Shown one piece after another: positions 53,421-64,000 of a DNA stretch of 64,000 bases. A program made the position numbers and the translations under genes. Each line of letters opens with the position of its first letter. Positions within the stretch are counted from its first letter, which is position 1. Origin of the DNA: Vicugna vicugna. Its lineage: Eukaryota. The notes below the pieces were generated by a model. The model was not told the origin of the DNA. It did no database searches and was given only the letters and a program-made list of their open reading frames with translations. Where the stretch lies: positions 2,973,319 to 3,037,318 of the forward strand of contig MU061579.1 in the NCBI GenBank assembly GCA_013265495.1, read 5' to 3'.

Positions 53421-53736
53421 CATGATTGTTTTATACAAACTAATCTCCTCCAGTGTTGGCAGCCTGGGAGCTCACGTTTAAGGGAATAGTCAAAGAAGAG
53501 AGAAACTGTTATCTTACGTGTCACAGTAATGGCCTGAAATGGTGGTAATGGTCTTAATGGGAGATAATGGCCTGCAAAGGAGCTTAACCCATCATGGAGC
53601 TTGTCTCTCTTCATCTTTGTGTCTTCAGCCTACGTTTATTGTGATGATTGGAGAGCTTCTTAACTAAATACATATACAACTTGCTTTCTTATTCTTTCTT
53701 TCTTTTTTTTTTTTTTTTTTGTAATTGCCTTTTTTT

Positions 53737-53906
53737 NNNNNNNNNNNNNNNNNNNNNNNNNNNNNNNNNNNNNNNNNNNNNNNNNNNNNNNNNNNNNNNN
53801 NNNNNNNNNNNNNNNNNNNNNNNNNNNNNNNNNNNNNNNNNNNNNNNNNNNNNNNNNNNNNNNNNNNNNNNNNNNNNNNNNNNNNNNNNNNNNNNNNNNN
53901 NNNNNN
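53737..53906. other. Assembly gap (170 N) between poly-T tracts
   Basis: Directly visible in the sequence. Confidence 0.99.
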
Positions 53907-53915
53907 AATCTTTTT

Positions 53916-53958
<43 letters not shown>

Positions 53959-54559
53959 GCAATTGCCTTTATCTGCTACCAATAGGAAAACTGCTTACAT
54001 CCTAGTTTATAAAGAAGATGGGGTCTGCTGAGATGTACATTTTGTTATTTTTGATTATGTAATTTCACCAGGAGAATGAAGACTACTTACCCAATCTCCC
54101 TAGATTCAAATTATAAACCTTACCTAATTACCTAATAAATTATTGTTCTGCACACATTGGTTGGTTCTTAAGATAAGTAAGTCTTCTTCTAACTCTGGAA
54201 CTGAATGAGATTATAAGAAAAAAAATTAGTTTTTGCAATCAGTGAAATAATGAATGCTTTCTTATTATCAGGATTATATAATTCTTAAAGAGATTTAAAA
54301 TTATATCCAGTTGAAGTTTTGATACTTTTGGTTGACCTCAGGTCACTACATATTGGGTCATTCTGTTAACAATGTCTTGATTTAAGAAATGCCTGATACA
54401 ATTATATTGAATTTCTCTTTTCTTCTTTGATGTAATAAATTAAGTTAGAATACTAGAATTATTAAATAACTCAACAGAAATATATTCAATTTGGTTACCT
54501 TCTTTTCAAAGGTATTGTTCAGTTTTTCTATGTTTGGGTTTTTATGTACTTTTGGTTTT

Positions 54560-55060
54560 TCAAATTTGTTGTATATCCAGCAACTTCTCCCAGCAGTCTT
54601 CTTTAGATGTTCAGATTGTCTCAAGTTTGGCCAGTGGGAGCTCCCTTTTTATTGACTCCTGTGTCCTTCCAACATGACCCCATTAATCTTTGAAAGCTTC
54701 ATTGCTTTACAGTACAACAAAGTGTTATAGACTCACCTTGTACCTTTTGAATCCAGAGACTGAATTAGCCATCTTTTATTTCAAAGAACTCTGGTTCCTT
54801 CAGGTAGGAAAACAGGATTAGAGACCAGAATCTGTGCATTATGGTGCATTGTATGGTTTTACTACCAGGACATTTCTGGAGATAGAGATAGAAAATATGT
54901 AATTTTAATTGACATATTTTTAAATGCACGCTTTTCTAATATTTCCAATCCAGTTCTAATAAGACTATATGTGTATAAATTCTTACATATAAATGTTCCT
55001 TCTTTTGCTTCATATTGAAAATCTAGCTTCCTAACAAAAAGAATATACTCTTCCTCAATA
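54560..55060 (-). mobile_element. L1MC4/5-type 3' UTR fragment
   Basis: GATGTTCAGATTGTCTCAAGTTTGGCCAGTGGGAGC, CTCCTGTGTCCTT, CATGACCCCATTAATCTTTGA, CTGGTTCCTT, TTAGAGACCA. Confidence 0.8.
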
Positions 55061-55853
55061 AATCAAGAAAATAGTAAACTATACTGTGGTTTCAGTGTTC
55101 TGATGAACAATTTTTCTTTCTCTTTTGGTTTTTCAATAGCTATAATTTCCTTGTGCGATCTATGAGGGATCAGGGCCTGAAACTCTTCTAAGAGTGTTAG
55201 AGTTTGGATATAAACTCTTTTTTTTTTTTTTTTGGCCTTTTTCAAGGCATTGGAGAAGGTTTTTTTTTTCCCCCACGTATTTATTTTTCCCTTTCAAGAT
55301 ACTAAATATCATTTACATCCTCAACTGAATATATTTAAGGGAGGCAATTAAGGATGTTATTCCTTTTTAAGCCCAGTCTTTCCACAATTGAAGAAGTTCT
55401 CCCCTCCCCAAGTTTTCTCTTAGATCACTCAGAACACAGTAATCCTGGGAGACTTCAACAATTACTTTTGAACCATTTCTACAATACTAAATAAAATATA
55501 CTATGATTATTTTACAATTCAGGGACCACAATAGATTAATGGAGTAAATCTGAGTGTGGATTGGTTCCTACCCTCCTAATCTTTGCACTGAGAACCAGGC
55601 ATAAAAATGTAGTTCAGGCCAAAGATGTAAATAAGGTATGCAGAAAAAAATAAGAAAAATGCAACTCTTTTGTTTAAGTGTTGGGGGCAGTGTGCTAAGA
55701 GCAGTGGCACACCAAGCCCATAGGTATAATCTGTGATCACACCTAAAATGAAAACTTTGGAAAAAATGAAACTGGAAAACTTTGAAAAACTGGAAACAGT
55801 TTGGTGTTGAATTGGCTGTGGGATTCCTTTTCTGTATAGAAGAGAAAGAGCAG

Positions 55854-56287
55854 TGAGAATGTGAATGTCCAAGTGGACATTGGCCAGAACGTATATGAGA
55901 ATAGAAGTCTGACCCACAACCTCGGCAGGAAACAGAAGCCAAACCACCACCTCTGCAGCAGGTGGTCCACAGTCATCAGGATGCAGTCAATGCCCAGTGA
56001 CTCTCTTATTGCCTGTCCCCAACTCCAACTCAGGACCTCACTAACCAGAATAAGACAAATAGGTTCCCCAACCAGTCGTAGAACACTCCCTGCTTTGACT
56101 TAGCCCAGATACGGCCAACAACCTTCAGAGCCCACTTGATACCTTCCCCTTTGTCCATCATTAAGGTTTTCCACTCCCCCTACACCCTTGGAGTCTCAAC
56201 CAAATGCAAGTGACAGTGGCTGTCCCTTAAAGCCAGCTCTGAATAAACAGGCTGGTCTCATCTGGGTGGTCTTCTTGTGTCCCCCCA
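55854..56287 (+). mobile_element. ERV1 solo LTR, MER110-like
   Basis: TGAGAA start, then ATAGAAGTCTGACCCACAACCTC, GAAGCCAAACCACCACCTCTGCAGCA, CCAACTCAGGACC and GCTCTGAATAAA, ending in CA. Confidence 0.82.
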
Positions 56288-56733
56288 GAAGGAAACGCAC
56301 ATAAGAGATCCTGACTGCAAGCAAACTTCATCTTTGTCTTATAACCCACTACACTACATTTTTATCTGTGTTGCTAAGATGGTACCAAATTTTGGTGGCA
56401 GTGATATCACACTCTTAGAATTTTTAGAAAATATGATCTTTGCCTTTACTAAAAACTCTATATACAGGAAGACATGAGGGGACTATCCACCAGACAAATG
56501 CCAGGCGGCTACTTTACCTCAACTGGTAAAACATCAGATGTAGAGGTTCACTTTTACAGAAAAGTGTGATCTGTGATCCACCACTTTACCTCTACTACCT
56601 CCCCAGAAATTGTTTTAGCATCCACTAAGAAGGAGGCTTTTATAGTCTGAAGCAATAAACCAGTAACGCACCTTTGAAAAGAGTTTCAATTGGGCATTTT
56701 GATCACAATGGAACTAATATCATTCACATAGTA

Positions 56734-57505
56734 CAGAGGTTGATAAACTTTTTTTCTGTAAAGGGACAGCTAGTACATTTTTTAGGCTTCATGAGCCATA
56801 TGGTCTATGTGGCAACTACTAAATTCTCGAAAGCTGTCTCCCTAAATATTACCAACACAATCTGTTGATAAGGCAAAGCTGAGTTTATTGCTTACCACTG
56901 TGAGAGAGAACACCACCTCCGCAAAGCTCTGGCAGTGATTCAGATGGAGGGAGGTGAGGTCTGAATCTGTTGATAATTGGAAACTTTGTTTGTGGTAGCT
57001 CTTTCCCCGAGAGACCCTTTTTACATTAGAACTGGGGAGAGATGACTTCCAGGAATGGGGAAAACAGCAGGGTGAGGAGTTGAGCTGAGGAGCCCAAAGA
57101 ATCTCCAGGGGCAAACTTTGTTGATATTTTTGCTCAAAAAGTTGATAGTTTTTTTAGATTCTGTAATGAACAACCAAACCATTTACTTGGGCATAGGGTT
57201 CCAGAAAAAGGGAAAGTATGCAAATGAAGAGAGTGAACTGGCAAACTTGGGTCAATGTAGACAATAAGGTGCCATTTACATTCTCAGTGTCCTGGCTGCA
57301 TGTAGGGGAGACAGTTTTGGTTCTCAGGTATCTAGTGTTGCAGCACAAAAGCACAGAGATACTGAAATTGGAGTTTCATATCTTTTTCAAGTCACAAAAT
57401 ATCATTATTCCTTTGATTATTTGCAAACTTTTAAAAACATAGAAACCATTCTTGCAAGTTGTACAATAGGGAACTGGCCAGAGGGCCATTGTTGGCCAAA
57501 ATCTG
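56734..57505 (+). mobile_element. hAT-Charlie MITE, MER58B-like, split by an LTR (56734-56824 and 57327-57505)
   Basis: 5' part AAACTTTTTTTCTGTAAAGGG, TTTTAGGCTT, GCAACTACT. 3' part ACTGAAATTGGAGTTTCATAT, GTCACAAAATAT, AAACCATTCTT, GGGCCATTGTTGGCC. Confidence 0.85.
56825..57326 (-). mobile_element. ERV1 solo LTR, MER90-like, nested in MER58B
   Basis: The reverse complement starts TGAGAACCAAAAC and ends CAATAAACTCAGCTTTGCCTTATCAACAGATTGTGTTGGTAATATTTAGGGAGACAGC. Confidence 0.8.
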
Positions 57506-57810
57506 ATTTAGAGGGCCAAAGGAAGTGTGATATGTACAGAGTAGAACATTAATAGGTTTTTTTTAAGTTTAATTTTAAACTTAAATTCTTCTGATTTGGG
57601 GGAAGAAGGAGTTGCTCATTTTTGACTAGTGGAGAGGAGGGGTTGCGTTTTTCCAGAGATTACTTTTGCTTTGGCTAGTTCACATCACTGTAAACTTAAG
57701 ACCACTTAAAGATTATTGCTCAGGTCGGTGCTCCTCACACCACTCACAGAGTGTGAATTTGCATCTATGAGAATAAGCTTCTGATTATTCATTCCTAAGG
57801 GGACTATTTA

Positions 57811-57920
57811 TTTACAAACTAGAAGAAATCCTGAGACTAGGTGCGTCGCTAACATTTGTGTGGCAGAAAGCAGAGCACAAATGTAGATCTCTGGCCTGCA
57901 GTCCAGTCTTCTCTTCCAAC
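57811..57920 (-). mobile_element. MIR fragment
   Basis: TTTACAAA, GTGGCAGA, AGATCT and CAGTCCAGTCTTCTCTTCCA. Confidence 0.45.
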
Positions 57921-58042
57921 CCCCAGTTGTACAAACAAGAATGCTGCACACCACCAGATGGACAACAAAACTGTGTAGCTTGTATGTCTTCAGTCCATAA
58001 AATCCCACCCCACCTCCAGGGCTGGTGAACAGCCAGCCTCCC

Positions 58043-58504
58043 TGTAACAGGGAAGAACAAATCTGATTCTATATTAGATCTGTTTCTTTTACTTTAAACT
58101 TTATATTCTATTGCTTGTTAATTATAAAGGGATGTAGCCTATAAGCTTAAGTTATACATAATGGACCATCTCTGGGAACTTTGCCTCACAGATAACAAGC
58201 GTTAAGCTAAGACCTTTGTTTAGCTCATAGGAAGCATTCTGACCAGGACCACCTGTGAATGGCGGCAGGAAGGAAGAAATGGAACACCTCTCTTCCGGAG
58301 GCTGGTGGGAACCAGGACTTCAACTTTTATTATAAAAGAAGCCTGAATTCAAACTCGGGGAAGATGGTTCTCCGGGACATTAGTCCACCATCTTCTTGGA
58401 ATGCTAGCTTTCCAAATAAAGTTATTATTCCTTGCCCCAACACCTCATCTCCCAATTTATTGGCCTGTCATGTGGTAAACAGAATGGGTTTGGACCCCGT
58501 AACT
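58043..58504 (+). mobile_element. Cetartiodactyl ERV1 solo LTR, MER41-like
   Basis: Starts TGTAACAGGGAAGAACAAATCTGA. TATA box TATAAAAG at 58331 and AATAAA at 58415. GACATTAGTCCACCATCTTCT is MER41-like. Ends GTAAC, with flanks CTCCC/TTCCC. Confidence 0.85.
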
Positions 58505-61500
58505 TTCCCTTGGCCAGCCCTCAAGCCTAGATGGTGTGATCTGCCTTGAGAAGATAGGACCAGAGAAAAGGCTCATGAAAGGCCCTGAATGCATTTAACA
58601 GAATATTTGTTGTAATGTATTCAGAATATGTCAGTATGTTTTAAAGAGACTTATAAAATGTATTTTTCCAAAATAGCAAGTCCATCAAATAGCTGAAAAT
58701 GAAATTCCCAATTTCCTGATCAAACTACTTTTGATATTTATGTTATAAAGTATATAAAACTTTTCTTTTGTTGTATTCCCGTGTGATCTTCAGCTCCAGA
58801 GATATTTTTTGGAGTCAAGGTAATAACAGCTCTAACTCAACATTTTCATCTTTGGCAGATTATTTTTAATATTGATTATATTTCTAAATAATTCAATACA
58901 ATAACTTTTTTTCACAAATCTTCTATATCTGGTTTTAGTTTAATAATATTTATTTTCAGTGTATTTATCCTAGTCATGTCTTCCTACTAACATAAATTAG
59001 ATTATAATATAATTTTAAAAGAGTAAAATTGTCTTTATTATTATTTCTAGTTTACAAGGATTAATGTTTTGTTTTATTTTTCTCATAAAGATTGAAATTC
59101 TAAGTCTGATTGATGAAGCAAAGGTAATTATACCAAGTATATATTGCTTAGAAAAATATCCTTACAATAACTCCCAGTTAACATATATTTATGTCTCTAT
59201 TTCACAGCAAGGAACTCTTTTCATTTTAGGGTTTGTAGTGGCTATGCGAAAGCCTGTGAATTTCACCGGTATAAAGAATTCATTCCCGTGTGTATTGAAA
59301 AATAAAGATGTACTTTATAAAACAGCTGGAAATATACAACTATATGCAGATATAGCAACTGTTTGCACGCACCCTCTATTCTTAAAGGGTACACATATTT
59401 TAAAAAATGAACAGAAGGCAAAGAAACTTGAAGTCCAAGTGCAAATGTATAGAATTTTATTTTGGAAATCAGTTTGGAATTATGAATATGCAATTTAAAA
59501 TAAAGTGAGACATAGAGTTTCAGGAGGGAATATTTATAATTATAAAATTATTGAATCATTGGTTACATTGACATCTGAATAGAAGATTTAGTAGCAAGAG
59601 AAAGGGAGACTTTTTAGTTTTAGAAGCACTTGAACTTGCTCATTTATTCTACATCCTTACATTAACTGAAAAATTAATAAGTATTTACAAATTAAGATAC
59701 TGTAAGCATATTATAAGCAGGATACATTATTGTGGAACTGCCTTTGTATGGCTTGCATTTAAGGGAATTTCCAGAAATAACTGTGTTTCACTATTTAATC
59801 ATATTTGAATCTGTTTTATGTGGATCTAATAATGCAGTAATTGAATAATATTTGTTCAGTCAATCAGTATATAGTTATAAACTTTTCCTGTTTCTAGAAC
59901 TATCAATGATGCAGTTTTGGTCCAGTCCTGCCTTTCTGGCTTTCCGCCTTGCTATTCAGGCTCCAAGCATATAAAAATCTGCACATTCTCTTTGGTTTCT
60001 TGCCAGCGTACCATTGCTCTCATCATCTCATTTGCCTGTATTACATCTCTCCATGATCCTGATTCGTTATTTATATGTCACTTTTCTCTGCTATCTAGTT
60101 ATTTTGGGGCCTATTTTAATCGTGCCACTTAGTATATTAAAATAAGCTACTATTTCAGGGAGAGATGACATTTTATTTTCAATGATTTGGGGTTGTGGAT
60201 GGAGGGACAATGGCCAGATCAATTTTGGTGACACCCAGGATTGTGACTGTGATCACAGAAATATCAGATTCTCTTCCCACTCCCCCAGGCTTTCAAATGT
60301 GGCAACTAATCATCAGCTCTCAGAGAACAAGAGCAAAGCAGAAGAAAGGGAACAGAGAAGAATAGCAAGGATTCAGAGGTGAGTTTCTAGAATAACTTTA
60401 AAGGGTTGTGTCTTACTGGAGCTATTTTATCTATTCAGGAAGTCATTTAGCAACCAATTTTTTAACCCATAGTTGCCAGTGTAATGCAATTTGAATATAT
60501 AATGATGAAATACAATATTTACTAGAATAAATTATATATAATATATTTATATCTACATAATAAAAGAATCTATCAAGATGTTTCCAAGTTATGATTGTTA
60601 ACTCACTATTCACCAGTGTGTGAATTTGAAGATAGGCATTTCAAACCATTTTCGAAATAACACCGTCTGGGAGAAGGATGCAGAGGGAAGTATCAGACTT
60701 AGAACTAACAACTTCCTGAAATTTCTGTCTGAGATGATAGTCCAGCTGTCACCTGCTTCTGGTGTCTTATCCAGTTCATTTTGGTCACCAAGAAGAGAAG
60801 AATTGAGCAGTGAGAAAGGACCTGTGGCAAAGAGTGGAATAAACACTTGAATATGAAGCAGCCTTAAAAAATACAGTGTGCATTCCCTTTCCCCACTTGT
60901 TTTGTTTGCTTTAGTTTGATTTAGTTCTCTAGTTTAATTGTCCAAGGAAATTAATTAATCACTGTTTGGAGATATATATATTTTTAAATTTCTGTTTAGT
61001 GGTAATGATTGGTGAGGATTCAGATTATGGTTAGAAAAAATGTAATAAAATTTTCCTATAAATACTTTATATTCAGATTTATAAAGAGTGAACAAATTGT
61101 ATTAATTCTACTAAATTTGTATATGTTGATAGATACATTGAATTATGTAAACATGTGTGTATATATGTATGTACATATACACGTTAAAATATTTTAATGT
61201 TGGAATTATTAATATGATTGTTAAAATCAAACACCAAATGTTTATCAATACATGTAAAATTAAATCACTGCATCTAATACTATTGGAGAGGAAGTAATGA
61301 CATAGAAAAATGTTTTCTGGAATAATTTTAGCAATACAGATTTTTATGATAATTATTATGAGTTTACATAGGTTTTGTCATAAATATAGTAACAAAAATC
61401 CAGGCATTATTTAGTACTAGATTAGTAAATTCAGAGGTTTGTCCAATTTAATTTTTTAGAACAGAAAATGGAAACTGATCATTTGGAATACAGTGATACT

Positions 61501-63378
61501 TTAAATGAATCTTCGAATCTAATGGATGTCTTTATATAATATAAAATGACTGCATGCATAATCTATACTCAGGTACATAAGCGTTTAGCAATAGAATCAC
61601 TTTTTAACAGAATATTTTCACAATATAAGTAAATAAACTATGTATTCATTATCTGAACACATTTTAAAGTATTTTACTTGTACCAATTTTATTTTAGACA
61701 GATTAGTTTTCAAGAACTCCTGTAGAACAACGAACTAGAGTAGCGTGATGGAATTTATATGGCAAAGATTGTTGTTCTCAACAAGGTATCTTATATATGG
61801 CCAATGGTACTGATAAATAAGCCTTCACACGTTAAAAGAGAAACTTATGACATTGCTAATACTAGAAGGCAGAAATTTAATAATAACTAAGAATGTTGAA
61901 ATAATATTCTTTTTATGATCTCTAGTGTACATGTACAAAAACACAAGTAAATATTGTGAGTCAGTTTCCTTGGAAAATATTTTTTAGCTTAATTATTTTT
62001 TTTTCATGGATTTTGAAAAATATAGTTCAAATTTTGCAGTAGATTGTTTCCTTGGTATATTAACTTGCTTATTTATATTTCATATTTCTTACCAAATATT
62101 TTTTACAGAATTTTTTTTGTAAATGATCCATTATAAATGATCATGATCCATTATAAACAAATTACCTTATTCCTTTGAGTAAGTTTATGCTCTTTGAATC
62201 TATCTTCAGGAGAACAATAAAAATTGCCTTTTACTTTCTAATGCTCTAGAGGTATCTTAAAAGTTACAAAGAGCTAATTTTAGGGTATGTAGCCCAGTTA
62301 GGCTATAGGAACATAATTTTACATTCCTCATATATTTTCAGAAAGATATTCCTTCACAGAATTTTTCACCTATGGGGCCACAGAATTATCCAGAGAAATA
62401 GAAAATGAAGTATTAACTTTAATAGAACCATTGATCCAAGAGCATATATAAATACATATATATACACAAAATTTTCTCACTTATATAATAAATAAAATCT
62501 TATTAAGTCAGAGTATCATACAGTTTCTGTTACCCCTGGAAAAATATAGATGGAATGTTTTGATAAACTACTTCCTTGTCTATTAAAATGCTCTCCATAT
62601 AAGTTCAACTTACAACTTTCATAAGGAATTTTTCAACTTCTCCAGCCCCTAGGAATTTACCGACTCCTATACCCCTGATATATTTTACAGCATTATGACC
62701 ACAATCAATTTTCCTTATTTTTTAACCTATGTCTTGATCCCACTATTTCAAAGGTTTTTAAAGCAGCAATACTGAAATATCCAAAAATACAAATATAATA
62801 TAGCCTTTCTATGACAAGAGACATGATCTACACTCTCATCTAGGATAGACTACATAATTAAGACTCTTAGTAAAATAAAGGAAGAAGAATTTGTAGCTAC
62901 AACTAGTTTAAATGCATCTTTGAACCAGATGCATTCTCTACATGTTTAACTAGAAAGGGGGAGCCCAGAGATGCAAGTAATACAAAAGTCATATTTAAAT
63001 AAATGTGTTTCCTATATTTTCTTTATAATAGTGGTTATCAATAGAAATATCATGATGGAAAATGGAATTGGAAGGATATTACAGTACAAAACACTCTTTT
63101 TATTTTTTAATTTGAGATTTAGGTACATCAAATATCCACTCTCTATGGCAGAAATACATACATCATTTTTAACTAAAAGCCATAAGTAAAAAGCTGCAGT
63201 TCATTTTGAAAAATCCAATAAATAACACAACTGAATTGGAATAAATTTAAGAGTCTGAAAGACAGAAGTGAATATACAGCTCAGTTTACTTGTTAAGGTT
63301 ATAACTTGTTTACCTGTGTGGCCCATTGGTCACTGAAAACATCACTGGAATAAGCTGAACAAAGAAAAATTTACCAAA

Positions 63379-63786
63379 TGTTATGTGCTAAATTGGGCTT
63401 CTCCCCATTCCTTCTCACCCTACAAAAAATATTTGTAGGCTGAGACTTCACCTTCAGTGTGACTGTATTTGTACATAGTGCCTTTAAAGAGGTAATTATG
63501 GTTAAATGAGGTCATAAAGTTGGGGCTCTAACTCAAAAGGACTAGCCTCTTTATAAGAAGAGGAAGAGATGCCAGGAGTAAGTCCACACAGAGGAAAAGC
63601 GTTGTGCAGACGTGGGGAGAAGGCTGCCATCTGCAAAGCAAGGAGAGGAGCCTCACTGGAGACGGACCCTGCCCGCTGCTGCATCTTGGACTTCCAGGCT
63701 CCAGAACCGTGAACGGATATTTTTCTGTTATTTAAGCCACCCAGCCTGCAGTGTGCCATTTTGGCAGCCTGAGCAGACTGATATAC
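63379..63786 (+). mobile_element. MaLR solo LTR, MLT1B-like
   Basis: CAGTGTGACTGTATTTG, CCTTTAAAGAGGTAATTATGGTTAAATGAGGTCATA, GAGAAGGCTGCCATCTGCAA, ATCTTGGACTTCCAG, TTTAAGCCACCCAG. Confidence 0.92.
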
Positions 63787-64000
63787 CAGGTAGTGTTGGT
63801 TCCATAATTTGTATGTTTTGCTCCTTGAAGAAATAGGTTGCAGCTTCCCGTGGCCCCTTGACTCTTGAAATTGTTCACCTCCTCTGACTTCATAACTAGT
63901 TTCCAGTATATGCAGCTCTACATTAAAAGTACTCACCCTTTGTCATAACAAAATATGTCATAACCGAGTTTTATATCTATCAGTTAAAAGTAACCATTTT

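Noticed and set aside
53165..53614. Longest ORF (149 aa, - strand) as an endogenous non-retroviral viral gene or retrocopy
   Set aside because: I recognise no similarity to bornavirus N or any cellular protein. The neighbouring poly-T is on the wrong side to be its poly-A tail.
62121..62157. Short direct repeat ATGATCCATTATAAA (2 copies)
   Set aside because: It is an ordinary slippage micro-duplication with no further structure.
1..64000. Short six-frame ORFs (60-149 aa) as protein-coding genes
   Set aside because: They have AT-biased composition, mostly overlap TEs, low-complexity DNA or the gap, and show no recognisable domains. The exceptions are 16251-16517 (ERVL pro/pol) and 52927-53310 (THAP-like).

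Overview
This is AT-rich, CpG-poor mammalian non-coding DNA, either a gene desert or a very large intron. Three tRNA-derived Vic-1-type SINEs point to a camelid genome. I found no intact protein-coding gene, RNA gene or prokaryotic-type system. The window is mostly decayed eutherian transposable elements: MaLR LTRs, ERVL LTRs (MLT2, LTR33/16, LTR40), ERV1 LTRs (MER110-, MER90- and MER41-like), two ERVL internal remnants, L1M/HAL1, L2, MIR, and hAT and Tigger DNA elements. There is one 170-N assembly gap. Repeat family names come from my recollection of consensus sequences and need RepeatMasker/Dfam confirmation. The most interesting unexplained signals are five. (1) A CpG-retaining segment at about 53.0-53.4 kb translates to a degenerate THAP zinc-finger-like peptide and lies next to a near-helically spaced TAATGG cluster. 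(2) A perfect 64-bp tandem duplication copies a 21-nt microexon-like unit with consensus splice sites. (3) An 18-bp insertion inside an MLT1D LTR appears copied from 883 bp downstream. (4) An L1MD has its 5' end fused directly to the ORF2 end/3' UTR. (5) A motif-dense candidate enhancer lies at about 1.8-2.2 kb. None of these shows a new biological system from sequence alone.
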